A stretch of 64,000 nucleotides of DNA from Sedimentisphaerales bacterium (lineage in GTDB: Bacteria; Planctomycetota; Phycisphaerae; Sedimentisphaerales; Anaerobacaceae), in assembly GCA_040772485.1 (NCBI GenBank), contig JAXGYC010000011.1, positions 160,001 through 224,000 on the forward strand. The letters are read 5' to 3'. Position numbers and translations under genes: made by a program. How positions within the stretch are numbered: the first letter of the stretch is position 1; each line of letters begins with the position of its first letter. Under the pieces are notes generated by a model. That model did no database searches. It was not told the DNA's origin and was given only the letters and a program-made list of their open reading frames with translations. Below are positions 37,412 through 48,217 of the stretch, piece after piece.

Positions 37412-37927
37412 CTAATAGTGCAGATTGACCAGGCTCACATTCGCCTGACGATGCACCGTCCCCCGGGCGTTGTACGTGGCTTTGCCCTGGGCATCCTGCC
37501 CGAAGAACACCCGCATCAACGAGCGATTGAAGCGGGCGCAATCCGCCACCAGCGCGGTGGTCAGCGCATATTCCCGCTTCAGTTGAGCGACCAGGTCCTT
37601 CAGACGGGTTTGGCGATCCTCCACCGCCCGGCGCTGCGGATCGACGAGCAGGCGACGCAACGCGGACAGCGTCATCGCACCCGGCTCGCATCCCAGTTCG
37701 TCGGCCAGTTCCTTGCGGATGGCCTGGCGCCGCTGGATCGCCGTTAGGCGCGACTCCGCCTCCTCCTGAAGATCACGGAGAAGCGCTTCCAGCGCCTTGT
37801 CGTCTCGCTTGATGATCAGACTGCGCAGAACATCCAGTTGAGACAACGTGCTCTGTGTGCTGCGGATATCCTCATCCAGGGCCGCCAACAGGGCGTCCAC
37901 CTTGGTTTCTGCCACGCTCGATATCAT
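37412..37927 (-). CDS. flgN: Export chaperone FlgN
   Basis: Helical 171 aa protein with TLSAL and TYNARG tail, between flgJ and flgK. Confidence 0.7.
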   Translation of the reverse strand: MISSVAETKVDALLAALDEDIRSTQSTLSQLDVLRSLIIKRDDKALEALLRDLQEEAESRLTAIQRRQAIRKELADELGCEPGAMTLSALRRLLVDPQRRAVEDRQTRLKDLVAQLKREYALTTALVADCARFNRSLMRVFFGQDAQGKATYNARGTVHRQANVSLVNLHY

Positions 37928-37929
37928 CG

Positions 37930-38313
37930 TCAGAGTTCCTCGTTCACCGATCCACCGCCGACGTCAACCCCGTCCATCGCCTGGAAATGCTGGTAAAGGT
38001 CCTGCCACAGCCCGAACCCTCCTTTGTTCGCCACATCCTGGGCCAGATACGACCAGAACATGCCGTGAACCTGATCGGCGGCGACGTCGTCGTCGAAGCC
38101 CGAATCCTCGATGGAGTTCTTGACCTCCTCGAACAGCTTGGTCAGGAGAACCGATTCGAAATCCTTGGCCAGTTGCTTCTTTTCCTCGTCGGAGGCTCTG
38201 CGGATCGCCTCCGCATCCATCCCCTCGATCGGGTCGGATGCGGCGGACGCGACCTGGCGAAGGGCCGCCGGCGGCACCGCCAGAGGCAGTGCGATCGATT
38301 CGATGCCGTCCAT
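37930..38313 (-). CDS. flgJ: FlgJ rod-binding domain only (no muramidase)
   Basis: LAKDFESVLL...GGFGLWQDLYQ; follows flgI. Confidence 0.75.
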   Translation of the reverse strand: MDGIESIALPLAVPPAALRQVASAASDPIEGMDAEAIRRASDEEKKQLAKDFESVLLTKLFEEVKNSIEDSGFDDDVAADQVHGMFWSYLAQDVANKGGFGLWQDLYQHFQAMDGVDVGGGSVNEEL

Positions 38314-38323
38314 CTCGGTTTCC

Positions 38324-39499
38324 TTACATGATCACCAGCTTGGCCTGCAAGGCGCCCGCCTCTTTCAACGCGTTGAAGATCGCAATCAGATCGCGAGGCG
38401 ACGCCCCGATGGCGTTCAGCGTCTTGGCCAGCTCGGACACCGTCACCGCCCGTTCGACCGGAATCAGGTAGGCGTTCTGCTCCTCCACGCCGACCATCGT
38501 CTCCGGGACCACCTCGGTGGAACCCGCCTCGGAGAAGGGCGCCGTCGGCTGTGAGACCTGAGCGGTTTCCTTGACCTTCACCACCAGACTGCCTTGGGAG
38601 ATCGCCACCGACGAGATACCGACGTTTTCGCCGACCACGATCGTGCCGGTGCGCTCGTTGATCACCACCGTCGCGGGCATGTCCACCGTGACCTCTTTCT
38701 GCATGATCTCGTCGAGGAACGCAATGACGTCCTTCTGCGCGACCTCGGCGGGGACCATCACCCGGATACTGGCGGCGTCCAGAACCACGGCGCTGTCGGC
38801 GTACGATTGATTGATGATCTCGCTGATGCGCTGGGCCGTCGAGAAATCGTTGTTGCGCAGGCTGAACGTGATGAAGCGCCGGCCGGCCACCTGCTCGATG
38901 AAGCTGGCCAGTTCCGATTTCTCCACGATCGCCCCGTCGGCGACGCGCCCGACCGTCTGGTGGTTCTTCGACATCGACGCCTGCTTGCCCGCGACGGACC
39001 AGCCGCCGAGCGAGATGCCTCCCTGCGCGACCGCATAGACCTGACCGTCCAGGCCTTTCAGCGGCGTCGGCAGAAGCATCGCTCCCTGCAGGCTCTTGGC
39101 GTCGCCCAGCGCCGAGACGTCCACGTCGACGCGCATTCCCTCGCGATCGAAAGGCCCGAGTTCGGCGGTCACCATCACCACCGCGATGTTGCCGCCGGTC
39201 AATTCGTTCGGCATCAGCACCAATCCGGACTCTCGCAGGATGTTCGTCAGCATCTGTCGCGACAGAAGGCCCGAGTCACCGGTGCCCGCCAGACCGATCA
39301 CGAGCCCAACGCCCGTCAGCGGGTTGCCGCGCACGCCCTGGATCTCGACGATGTCCTTGATGCGTTCGGCGCGAACCGGAACGCAGGCCATCGCAAGCAG
39401 CACAAGCAGTGCGCCGATGCCTCCGCTCCTGAGGATCCGGAGGAGACGTTCCGATCCGGCGACCGGAACGGCCGGGCTATAAGCGCTCATGAATTCCAT
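38324..39499 (-). CDS. flgI: P-ring protein FlgI (start could be 39490)
   Basis: RIKDI, RGNPLTGVGLVIGLAGTGD, VINERTGTIV, AGALQAKL. Confidence 0.96.
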   Translation of the reverse strand: MEFMSAYSPAVPVAGSERLLRILRSGGIGALLVLLAMACVPVRAERIKDIVEIQGVRGNPLTGVGLVIGLAGTGDSGLLSRQMLTNILRESGLVLMPNELTGGNIAVVMVTAELGPFDREGMRVDVDVSALGDAKSLQGAMLLPTPLKGLDGQVYAVAQGGISLGGWSVAGKQASMSKNHQTVGRVADGAIVEKSELASFIEQVAGRRFITFSLRNNDFSTAQRISEIINQSYADSAVVLDAASIRVMVPAEVAQKDVIAFLDEIMQKEVTVDMPATVVINERTGTIVVGENVGISSVAISQGSLVVKVKETAQVSQPTAPFSEAGSTEVVPETMVGVEEQNAYLIPVERAVTVSELAKTLNAIGASPRDLIAIFNALKEAGALQAKLVIM

Positions 39500-39544
39500 C
39501 GTTGGGTTTCTCCAAAGAAGCCGCAGGAATCTCCGCTCCCGCCC

Positions 39545-40156
39545 TCACCAGGGCCACAGGACGTCGAACACCCGGCCGAGCCATCCCGTTCTCGTATAGG
39601 GGGCCGCCACCCCGCCGTTCTGCGTGACGATGCGGAAGTTCGCCACCTGCGCGCTCTTGACCGTGTTGTCGAACGCAATGTCGCTGGGTCGAACGATGCC
39701 GCTGACTTCGATCGTCTGCACGTCGCCCGCGATGTTCCGGTCACGCGTCCCGATCACCACCAGGTTCCCGTTGGGCAGGATGTCCACAACCACCGCACTG
39801 ACCCGGTCTTCGAAGCTCCGCTCGTCCTTGTAGTCCGCTTTGCTCTTCAGCTCGTTTTCCGACGCGGCGTTCATCGTAAAGCCCGGGATGCTGGGCAGAA
39901 GGTGGTCGATGTTCAGATCGCCGTTGAACGCGCTGGACCGTTCCGTCTCTTTCTGGAGGTCCCGCTTGGCCTTGTTGTCCACCTTGCTGTCTTCGACGAT
40001 CGTGATCGTCAGCACGTCGCCGATGTTGCGCGCCACATCGTCGGCGTATACCGTCCTCATGTTCGTGTCGCGCTTGGCCCAGATCGAGCCGGCCGGGAGC
40101 GTCTCGGCGGCGCCGAGTGCCAGGGCCATTGCCAGCCATAGTGTCGTCTTCCTCAT
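39545..40156 (-). CDS. flgH: L-ring protein FlgH
   Basis: ARNIGDVLTITI, LPNGNLVV, SGIVRPSDI, GWLGRVFDVLWPW. Confidence 0.93.
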   Translation of the reverse strand: MRKTTLWLAMALALGAAETLPAGSIWAKRDTNMRTVYADDVARNIGDVLTITIVEDSKVDNKAKRDLQKETERSSAFNGDLNIDHLLPSIPGFTMNAASENELKSKADYKDERSFEDRVSAVVVDILPNGNLVVIGTRDRNIAGDVQTIEVSGIVRPSDIAFDNTVKSAQVANFRIVTQNGGVAAPYTRTGWLGRVFDVLWPW

Positions 40157-40216
40157 TCGTCTTCCTTCCACATCAGGGTCGGGCCTGCGAAATGCGCCCG
40201 CGATCCATCCTCGGCC

Positions 40217-41218
40217 TCAGAGGGCCGGTTCCACCGAACCGTCGGGCATGATCTTGCAGACGATGATTCTCGATGAGTCGGCGTTTCGCACCTTGACGAG
40301 TTCGCCCATCCGACCGTCCTGGAGCGAAGTGCCCATGGCGGTGACCAGGATGCCGGGACGCTCGATGCGGATGAGCACCGTTTCGTTGCGTCGCACCTGC
40401 ACCGCCGTCGGCGCGGCGCTGAGCATGCTGTCACGAATCTCGGCCCCGGCGGCGACGGTGCGCGTGGCCACCAGTCCGTACGGGGGCTTCCACCCGGACG
40501 GCTCCGGGTGGTCCGACACGACCGCTTCGATCGTCACGTTGTCCGGCGTCAGGGCCGTCCCCTCGGCGATCTGCGTTGTCGCGACGACACGATGCGTCCG
40601 GTACTTCAGACGGAACGAGACGTCGCGCGTCCCCACGTCCCGGCCGTCCGCCGTCACCTGCACGCGTACGGTCACGTGGCCGCGAACCGCGCCGCGAACC
40701 AACTCGGGTTTCAACTGCACATCCTGCGGCCGTTCCGAGAGAACGAGGTCTTTCGGCCGCGCGACCGCGATGATCTCACACACCGAATGCGAGCCGCCCA
40801 ACTGCTGGACGAACTGCCGTCCGATCTCGACGAAGTCTTCCACCTCGATGATCTGCTGCTGGCGGCGCACGGTCACGGAATCGGCGCCGGTCACACGCAC
40901 GTGATCGGCCCCAATCCCGCAGGTGGCCAGACGACTGAGGATGGTGGGACGATCCAGAACCAGTTTCTGGCCCGGCGCCGAGAGGCGACCCAGAAGCACC
41001 TGGCGGGCCTTGGCGACGAGCGGCGCCGATCCGCGGATCACGCTGATCTGTTCGAGGCTCAACTGGTTGCCTTCCACCGTCACCTCGCGGGGCAGGTGGA
41101 CTTGCAGACGCATTCCGTCGGGCGCATCGTCGGCCGCCGCCGTCGCGGCGCTCGTGACAACGCCGAGCGGCAGGAGGCCCGCCGCCATCCCAACCAGAAG
41201 GAATACCCTACGCTTCAT
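40217..41218 (-). CDS. flgA: P-ring chaperone FlgA
   Basis: Signal peptide; C-terminal VRRNETV...LQDGRMGELVKVRNADS; between flgG and flgH. Confidence 0.88.
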   Translation of the reverse strand: MKRRVFLLVGMAAGLLPLGVVTSAATAAADDAPDGMRLQVHLPREVTVEGNQLSLEQISVIRGSAPLVAKARQVLLGRLSAPGQKLVLDRPTILSRLATCGIGADHVRVTGADSVTVRRQQQIIEVEDFVEIGRQFVQQLGGSHSVCEIIAVARPKDLVLSERPQDVQLKPELVRGAVRGHVTVRVQVTADGRDVGTRDVSFRLKYRTHRVVATTQIAEGTALTPDNVTIEAVVSDHPEPSGWKPPYGLVATRTVAAGAEIRDSMLSAAPTAVQVRRNETVLIRIERPGILVTAMGTSLQDGRMGELVKVRNADSSRIIVCKIMPDGSVEPAL

Positions 41219-41230
41219 CGCCGGCTCCCG

Positions 41231-42013
41231 TTAGAAGATGTTGTTGGTGTTGCGCAGCATTTCGTCACCGGCCTTGATGGCGCGCGAGTTGATTTCGTAC
41301 GCGCGCTGGGCCGTAATCAGGTTCACCAGCTCGTTGACCATGTGCACGTTCGATTTCTCCAGAAAGCCGGACTGAATCGATCCGAAGCCGTCCTGCGCGG
41401 GAATGCCGACCACGGCCTCGCCGCTGGCGTCCGTCGGGGCGTACAGGTTGTCGCCCTGGCTTTGCAGGCCCGACGGATTGGAGAAACGGACCAATTGGAT
41501 CTGGCCGATCACGGAGCGGACGCCCGCCTGATCGGTGACGTTGATGCCTCCGTCGGCGCCGATGTCCACCGAGGCGGCCTCGGTGGGGATCGTCAGGGCC
41601 GGCTCGATCATGTAGCCGGTCATGGTGACCACCTGCCCGTTGGCGTTGGTCTGCAACGAGCCGTCGCGCGTGTAACGGATGTCCCCGTTGGGCATCACGA
41701 CCTGGAGGAAACCTTCACCGCGAATGGCGATGTCCATGTTCCGGCCCGTGTTGCGGAACTCCCCCAGACTGAAGATCTTCAGCGTCGAGGCCACGCGGAC
41801 CCCGCTGCCGATCTCCAGACCGGTCGGCGCGTTGATGCCCGGGGCCACTTCCGTGCCCGCCTCCTTCTGCCGGGCGTACAGCAGGTCTTGAAACTCGACC
41901 TGGCTCTGCTTGAATCCGGTGGTGTTGACGTTCGCCAGGTTGTTGGCGATCACATCCACCAGCGTCTGCTGGGCCATCATGCCCGTGGAGGCTGTGGAGA
42001 AAGCTCGTATCAT
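41231..42013 (-). CDS. flgG: Distal rod protein FlgG
   Basis: ANNLANVNTTGFK, FQDLLY, YTRDGS, LEKSNV, AQRAYEINSR. Confidence 0.96.
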   Translation of the reverse strand: MIRAFSTASTGMMAQQTLVDVIANNLANVNTTGFKQSQVEFQDLLYARQKEAGTEVAPGINAPTGLEIGSGVRVASTLKIFSLGEFRNTGRNMDIAIRGEGFLQVVMPNGDIRYTRDGSLQTNANGQVVTMTGYMIEPALTIPTEAASVDIGADGGINVTDQAGVRSVIGQIQLVRFSNPSGLQSQGDNLYAPTDASGEAVVGIPAQDGFGSIQSGFLEKSNVHMVNELVNLITAQRAYEINSRAIKAGDEMLRNTNNIF

Positions 42014-42055
42014 GGGCGACTCTCCTTATCTGCACAGCGAATCGGCGGCGCGGCC

Positions 42056-42757
42056 TTATCCCATGGCCACGCCCATCACGCTGTTCGTCGCATCCTTCTT
42101 GGTGTTCACCAGCTTCATATTCGATTCATACATCCGCGAGACCATGATCATGCTGACCACCTCGTCGATGATCTGCACGTTGGACGCTTCCTGGTACCCC
42201 TGCTTGACCACCACCTCCTCGACGTCCCTGGGCGGCACGTCCTGCGGGGCCCGGTAGCAGCAGAACCCGGCCGCTTCGAGCTGGTCTTCCTTTCCCGCAA
42301 AATCCACGATTCGGAACTGCCCGATCGAGCCGCCGCCCGCGTTGATCTGCCCGGTCTGACCGACGGTGATCTGAGAAACGTCGATCCCCGCCGGAACGGC
42401 CAACGGACCGAAGGCGCCGGCCACCGCGCGTCCCTCCGAATCCACGATCTGCCCGTTCTGATTGGCGCGAAACACGCCGTGCCGGGTGTACAGCGGTCCG
42501 TCCGGAGTCTCGATGACGAAGAATCCTTTTCCATAGAGCGCCACGTCGAGCGTCCGCCCCGTCTCGACCAGATTGCCCTGCGAGAAATCCAAAGCGCTCG
42601 CGGCCGCATTCTGCTGATCGTCCAGCATGCTCGAGAACGAGCTGCACCGGCGCTTGTATCCGCTGGTGCTGACGTTGGCCAGATTGTGCGTGATGATGTC
42701 GAACTCTCGCGTCAACGCCTTCAGACTTGCACTGACCTGGGTTGTGACATCGGCCAT
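42056..42757 (-). CDS. flgF: Proximal rod protein FlgF
   Basis: HNLANVSTSGYK, DFSQGNL, YTRHGVF, EASNV; upstream of flgG. Confidence 0.88.
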   Translation of the reverse strand: MADVTTQVSASLKALTREFDIITHNLANVSTSGYKRRCSSFSSMLDDQQNAAASALDFSQGNLVETGRTLDVALYGKGFFVIETPDGPLYTRHGVFRANQNGQIVDSEGRAVAGAFGPLAVPAGIDVSQITVGQTGQINAGGGSIGQFRIVDFAGKEDQLEAAGFCCYRAPQDVPPRDVEEVVVKQGYQEASNVQIIDEVVSMIMVSRMYESNMKLVNTKKDATNSVMGVAMG

Positions 42758-42758
42758 G

Positions 42759-44042
42759 CTACACTCCCTGCTCCACAACCGTGCCGTCCGACGCGACCGT
42801 CGCCGGTTCGGTCGTCACGTCGTCCGTCTCGCCCTGGACGCCGGCCCTGGAAGCAATCACATTCGTCATGCGCACCAGTACATCCACCTCGGATTCGTTC
42901 AGTCCCGACAACTCGACCGCAATGGAGACGCCTGGGCCGGCGACGCGACTGTGCCGCACCAGGCCCACGTCCTCCACGACGCAGGTCTCGTCGGCGACCG
43001 GTTCGTTTTCGCCCCCGCCGATCCCGGCCGGACGGAACATCACCAGAACTCGTTCGCCGGGACGAAAAGGGGTCGGAAGCTCGATCCGCAGTCCGGGGCC
43101 GGCCAGTTCCGTAATCGTCCCGGAAACGAACTCCGGCGCGCCGGGTGCAAGACCCACACCGACGCGATCGGAACCCGCCTGGGGCGCTGTTTCTGGCTGT
43201 CCCTTCCTGGCGAAAGGAAAGCGGGCCACCAGGGCCGGCATCCTCACCCTCACGCGTGGAAAACGCCTGCGGTTGACGAACCGCACGTCGTCGGTGTGGT
43301 TGAGCACCAGCCGTGTTTGTTCGCACGTCACCGCTGTCGTGTCAAATTCCCAGACGTACACCCCAGATGCATATCGCGCGCACCAGAGGTCGCCGGCGCG
43401 CGTCTCCACGGGCTCCTCCAGCTCCACCGCCAATTCGAGATCGTCGTTGCGCACCACCTCGGCCCGGACCGGAACGCCGGCATGATGACGCCGACGACGG
43501 GTTACCTCCACGATCTTGCCGACCGGAATGTCACGGCTGCTCGGCCGGTGAGAGGCGGCCATTCCTCCGAGCGACCGCATGGCCCGGAAGCCCAGCCGCT
43601 CCCGAAGATAAGCCACTTCCGTCTTGAGCCGCTCGTTCTCCTCGACCGTTCGCGTGCGTGCGCACTCCGCCAGAAGCTTGGCGGCGCCGCGATCGAAGGC
43701 ATCGACCGTCGTGAAAATGTCATGGCTGCGTCCCAGGCCGCTTCGCATGACGATCGCCAGCAGGATCTGACGATCGCGGCCGTTGAGCCCCCGCCGCACG
43801 GCATTCTCCGCGAACAGCTCCCGCGTCAGGTCTCGACTCCGCGTCCGACGACGGTGGCTGATCCACCACAACAGAAAGACCAGAACCGCCAGGATCACCG
43901 ACGCCGCCAGAACGAATTCGTACCGTGACGCATACGAGGGCGAATCGCCGCTCATCCGGCGCGCCGCCGACCACCGCTCGATCGGCGTCAGCACGCCGAT
44001 CGCCGCCCGGCTGGTATCCCATAGCACGTCACTGACGATCAT
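42759..44042 (-). CDS. Membrane-anchored PilZ/YcgR-like protein
   Basis: N-terminal TM; NRRRFPRV (RxxxR); ITELAGPGLRI at the second PilZ motif position. Confidence 0.6.
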   Translation of the reverse strand: MIVSDVLWDTSRAAIGVLTPIERWSAARRMSGDSPSYASRYEFVLAASVILAVLVFLLWWISHRRRTRSRDLTRELFAENAVRRGLNGRDRQILLAIVMRSGLGRSHDIFTTVDAFDRGAAKLLAECARTRTVEENERLKTEVAYLRERLGFRAMRSLGGMAASHRPSSRDIPVGKIVEVTRRRRHHAGVPVRAEVVRNDDLELAVELEEPVETRAGDLWCARYASGVYVWEFDTTAVTCEQTRLVLNHTDDVRFVNRRRFPRVRVRMPALVARFPFARKGQPETAPQAGSDRVGVGLAPGAPEFVSGTITELAGPGLRIELPTPFRPGERVLVMFRPAGIGGGENEPVADETCVVEDVGLVRHSRVAGPGVSIAVELSGLNESEVDVLVRMTNVIASRAGVQGETDDVTTEPATVASDGTVVEQGV

Positions 44043-44077
44043 CTCATTTCCTCATCGGCTCATCACGGCGACCGGTC

Positions 44078-45766
44078 CTACCGAATCAGGTTCGTCAACT
44101 CCTGGAGAATCTGATTGGCCACCGTGATCGTTCGCGCATTTGCCTGGAATCCGTTCTGGGCCTGGATCAGCGTCACGAATTCGGTCGCCACATCGGCGTT
44201 GGACTTCTCCAGCGCCCCGCCATGGATGGAACCGGCCCCCGCGGTGTTCGCCTGCGTGATCACCGGTGCCCCCGAGTTCGCCGACGGAACGTAATACCCA
44301 TCGCCGGCGCCTTCCAGGCCGGCAGCGTTCTTGAACAGGGCCACCGCCATCGTCGCCAGATCCTTCTTGATCCCGTTGCTGAAGCTGCCGATCAGCACGC
44401 CTTCGTTGTCGATCGACACCGCCGACAAGCTGCCGGCCTCGTAGCCGTCCTGCTCGCGCGCCACCGCCGTCGAGTTGCCCGCGAACTGGGTCAGGCCGTC
44501 GAACGAGCCGACGGTGCCGAGCTGCAGTTGGATCGTCTGCGAATGGTCGACGTCGTGGGCAAACGTTACGGTGAACTCCATGTTCGTGCCATCGGGCACC
44601 CCGTTGAAGGCGCCGGTCTGAGAATCGAAGGTAATGCCTTCGACGCGCCGGCTGTCCAGATCGATGGACGCGATGTTCCCGGTCATGGACGTCAGGACCA
44701 TGTCCCAGGTGTTGACGGCGTCGGTCCGCACGAAGGCGGCGGACATGACGTGCTTGCCGCCCTGCGAGTCGTACACGGCGATGTTGACCCCCTTGACTTC
44801 GTCGCCGCCCACCGTCTTCAATTCGAAGTACCCGGGCAGGTCCAGCGCGCCGTCGCCGCTGTAGGACATGGTGATGTCCGATCGACTGTAGCCGGTGGCG
44901 TTGTCGGTGATGCGGATGTATCCGTTGGCCAGCGAGGCGGTCGCGCCGCTGAGCACGTTGGTGTTCAAGTGGGTGATCAGATCGTCCAGCGTGGTGTCGG
45001 CGCCGACCGCGAAGTCCAGGGCGGCTCCGCTGAACGCTGTTCCGTCGGGATCGTACCCTTCAAAGCTGATCGTCCCCGTCTGAGCGGCGCCCAGTTCGCC
45101 GCCGGCGCCCGAACCGCCTGAGAACTGATCGAGTTGATCGATCTGTGTCGTGGCGGTCGCATCGGCGTCGCCGACCGTGAACTTCGAGGAAGCCATCAGC
45201 AACTGCGCCGTGGCGGTGCCGGTTGCATCGGCACTGAGGTTGCCGCTGACGACGATCTCCGTAGTCTGACGGGCCGCCAGAGCCACATCGTAGGGGACCC
45301 GGATGTTGCTGCTGCCGGGAATCTGGAATCCATCGGCCTCCCCCACCAGTCCCAGCCGCTGCACACGGTACCCCGTGGACGGATCGACCAGATACCCGGC
45401 CTCATCAACGCCGAACGTGCCGGCCCGCGTATAGAGGGACTGTTGGCCGTCGCTGACCACGAAGTACCCCGCCCCTTCAATCGCCACGTCCAGCGAATTG
45501 CCCGTGTTCACGATGTTGCCCTGAGCCATGTTCGCGGAAATGCCCGCAACGCCCACGCCGCTTCCCATCTGCTGCGGATTCGTTCCGCCGATCCGATCCG
45601 TGGGTTGCGACGCCTGCTGGAGGGTCTCCCCGAGCAACTCGCTGAACGTGATCGTGCTCGCCTTGAACGCCGTGGTGTTGACGTTGGCCAGGTTGTTGCC
45701 AGCCACGTCCAACATCTTCTGATGGGCCTGGAGTCCCGTCACTCCAGATGACAACGCATAACTCAT
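44078..45766 (-). CDS. flgE: Hook protein FlgE
   Basis: GNNLANVNTTAFKAS, GGTNPQQMGSGV, YTRAGTF, LEKSNADVATEF, AQNGFQANAR. Confidence 0.96.
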   Translation of the reverse strand: MSYALSSGVTGLQAHQKMLDVAGNNLANVNTTAFKASTITFSELLGETLQQASQPTDRIGGTNPQQMGSGVGVAGISANMAQGNIVNTGNSLDVAIEGAGYFVVSDGQQSLYTRAGTFGVDEAGYLVDPSTGYRVQRLGLVGEADGFQIPGSSNIRVPYDVALAARQTTEIVVSGNLSADATGTATAQLLMASSKFTVGDADATATTQIDQLDQFSGGSGAGGELGAAQTGTISFEGYDPDGTAFSGAALDFAVGADTTLDDLITHLNTNVLSGATASLANGYIRITDNATGYSRSDITMSYSGDGALDLPGYFELKTVGGDEVKGVNIAVYDSQGGKHVMSAAFVRTDAVNTWDMVLTSMTGNIASIDLDSRRVEGITFDSQTGAFNGVPDGTNMEFTVTFAHDVDHSQTIQLQLGTVGSFDGLTQFAGNSTAVAREQDGYEAGSLSAVSIDNEGVLIGSFSNGIKKDLATMAVALFKNAAGLEGAGDGYYVPSANSGAPVITQANTAGAGSIHGGALEKSNADVATEFVTLIQAQNGFQANARTITVANQILQELTNLIR

Positions 45767-45805
45767 CGCACTGCTCTCCTACTACTGATAATGCCGATTG
45801 GCCCG

Positions 45806-46186
45806 TTATTCTCGTACTGAAAGCACATCCGCCAGACTGACCTGATGATCGCCGACGATCAACTCGATCGCACCGTCGTCGAGAACCACCTCCTCCACTT
45901 CTCCCGTCTGGGTCTCCTGCGTCCCGTCGTCGGCCGTCGTCGCAAATGACACGTCCTTGCCGATCAGCGAACTGGCGTATCCCTGCTGGAGGGACGTCAG
46001 CACCTGGCTGAAGGAGTTGTTCATGCTCTCCAGTTGCTGGAGCTGCGAGAACTGCGCCAGTTGTGCCGCCATGTCCTGATTGTCCATCGGTTCCAGCGGG
46101 TTCTGATTCTGCAACTGCGTAACCAGCAGCGTCATGAAGTTCATCTGCAAGTCGCTGGCCGACGTGACGGTACCCGTGGTACTCAT
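45806..46186 (-). CDS. flgD: Hook cap FlgD (short form)
   Basis: FMTLLVTQLQNQNPLEPMDN, AQLAQFSQLQQ, SLIGKDV. Confidence 0.93.
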   Translation of the reverse strand: MSTTGTVTSASDLQMNFMTLLVTQLQNQNPLEPMDNQDMAAQLAQFSQLQQLESMNNSFSQVLTSLQQGYASSLIGKDVSFATTADDGTQETQTGEVEEVVLDDGAIELIVGDHQVSLADVLSVRE

Positions 46187-46280
46187 GTGCGTTCCCTTCG
46201 ATACAAACCATTGCATTCGGCGGCCGCTCCGTTTCTGCGCGACACGCATCCACGTCGGCCGACGGTCCGTGGCCAAGCTT

Positions 46281-46296
46281 TGCAATTGTCGTGCCA
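46281..46296 (-). promoter_or_regulatory. sigma54 promoter of the flgD operon
   Basis: Minus strand TGGCAC-GACAA-TTGCA, full consensus match. Confidence 0.85.
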
Positions 46297-46768
46297 CAGA
46301 CGCCCCGCGCTTCCGTTCGCCGGCGTGCGCGGGGATCGTACCTCGCGTCCAAACAGGCACTTAGGCGTCGGGAATGTTTTCTTGCAGGCGAGAACCGGTC
46401 GGGCCGGGACGCGGCGGAAGGCGACGAATCTTCCTGCGATCCAGAGAATCCTGCCTGCGGCGCAGCGCCGGAAAAAAATACAGACGGATGATTTCTATTC
46501 GCCGATCCCGCGAGAATTTCCGCGTCCCATAAGAATTATCGGATGAGTCCTATATGGGCGCGCGATCGCACCGCGTCGGCAGCCCGGCCGAAACGTGTCC
46601 TATAAAACACGGAGATCACCCCTGCCGCGCGCGGTTCGCTCCTGACGTGACATGGATACCCGTCCAATAAAAATTAAAGTTGTCGGAAATCGGCAGTCGA
46701 TGGGGGCGGTATCGTGCAGGAACGGATGCAACACGACACCAGAAACGACTCAGTGACATCGGGGTGGT

Positions 46769-48217
46769 ATGAGCGTACTTCGAAGAATCGCGGTCATCAG
46801 CAGAGACTCTCACATTCACAGCCTGGCCCAGGAAGTGGCCCACGAGGTGTTCGTCGCGGACGACCTGTCCGAGGCCGGTGACATGATCGAAACGGTAACG
46901 CCCGATCTGACGTTGTTCGACGGGACGGTCCCTCCGAGTCACATCCGCTGCTTCCTGGACCGCATCGGTCTTCGGATCCATCCGGTGCCGGTGACCGTCG
47001 TGGCGATGATGGACCCCTCGTCCTTCTCCGAGATGGAATACGAACGGGCCGGCGTTTCCCACTATCTCGTCGGCATGGAGGATTGCCGGCGTCTGCACGA
47101 GATCGCCGCCGGCATCCGAGGGGCGGCGCGGCCCGGCGAGCCCACCGACGGCGTCCGACACGAAGACTACTTCCTCAACGAGTATGCCGAGACCATCGCG
47201 ATGGTCGGAAAGAGTCCCGCGGTGCGCGAGGCCCTGCGAATGATCGAACTGGTCGCGGACAGCCAGTGCAACCCCGTGCTCATCCTGGGCGAAACCGGCA
47301 CGGGCAAGGAGGTCGCCGCCAGGGCGATCCATGTACGCCGACATCCCCAGGAACCTTTCGTCGCGATCAACTGCGCGGCGCTGACCGCCACACTGCTCGA
47401 AAGCGAGCTGTTCGGACACGTCAAAGGGGCGTTCACCGGCGCCGACCGCGACAAGACGGGCCTGCTCGAACAAGCCGGCGCCGGCACGCTGTTTCTCGAT
47501 GAGATCAGCGAGATGCCGCTCGAACTCCAGGCCAAGCTCCTCCGCGTGCTTCAGGAGCGGACCTTCCGCAAGGTCGGAGGTGTCAAAGACCTGACCTGCC
47601 ATGCCACGATCATGGCATCGAGCAACCGCAACCTGAAGAAGGACGTCCGAGAAAACCGTTTTCGTCAGGATCTGTACTATCGTCTCAACATCTGCCCGAT
47701 CGTGCTGGCGCCGCTGAGGTCGCCGCAGCGACGCGAAGACATTCGCCTTCTGGCCCAGTACTTCCTGGCCCGCTCGAACATCCGTGGCGCGCAAAGCAAC
47801 AAGGTGACGGCGATCACGCAGATGGCCCTCGAATCGCTGTGCCGGCACGAATGGCCCGGAAACGTGCGCGAACTGCGCAACGTGATCGAACGGGCGATCC
47901 TGCTGGAGAAGACGGACAAAATCGGCCTTAACAGCATTGTCATCGAGCCTGCGGACGGCGAAGAGCCTTCGCCCGGCCTGTTGGGCGAACGGGCCCGCGA
48001 CTTCTCGCTGGAGAAGGCCGAACGCGAACTGATCGCCCGCGCCCTGCACGAGACGGGCTGGCAGAAGACCCAGGCGGCCTCTCTTCTGGGCATCACACGT
48101 GCGACGCTGTACGCCAAGGTCAAGCAATACAACATCCAGAAGCAGACCCGCCAGGCGAGCGAGGTTTGCCTTGCCGCCTCCGAGCCGGCCGAGTCGGACG
48201 CGGTTGCGGTTGGTTAG
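46769..48217 (+). CDS. sigma54-dependent activator (NtrC/FleQ-like) with atypical receiver domain
   Basis: [36 protein letters not shown], Fis-type HTH. Confidence 0.93.
   Translation: MSVLRRIAVISRDSHIHSLAQEVAHEVFVADDLSEAGDMIETVTPDLTLFDGTVPPSHIRCFLDRIGLRIHPVPVTVVAMMDPSSFSEMEYERAGVSHYLVGMEDCRRLHEIAAGIRGAARPGEPTDGVRHEDYFLNEYAETIAMVGKSPAVREALRMIELVADSQCNPVLILGETGTGKEVAARAIHVRRHPQEPFVAINCAALTATLLESELFGHVKGAFTGADRDKTGLLEQAGAGTLFLDEISEMPLELQAKLLRVLQERTFRKVGGVKDLTCHATIMASSNRNLKKDVRENRFRQDLYYRLNICPIVLAPLRSPQRREDIRLLAQYFLARSNIRGAQSNKVTAITQMALESLCRHEWPGNVRELRNVIERAILLEKTDKIGLNSIVIEPADGEEPSPGLLGERARDFSLEKAERELIARALHETGWQKTQAASLLGITRATLYAKVKQYNIQKQTRQASEVCLAASEPAESDAVAVG

Noticed and set aside
37347..37691. 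Extended N-termini from the ORF track (flgK; likewise flgD, fliM, fliO, fliR, TPR genes)
   Set aside because: Extensions overlap upstream genes or promoters; family motifs and RBS positions support the later starts
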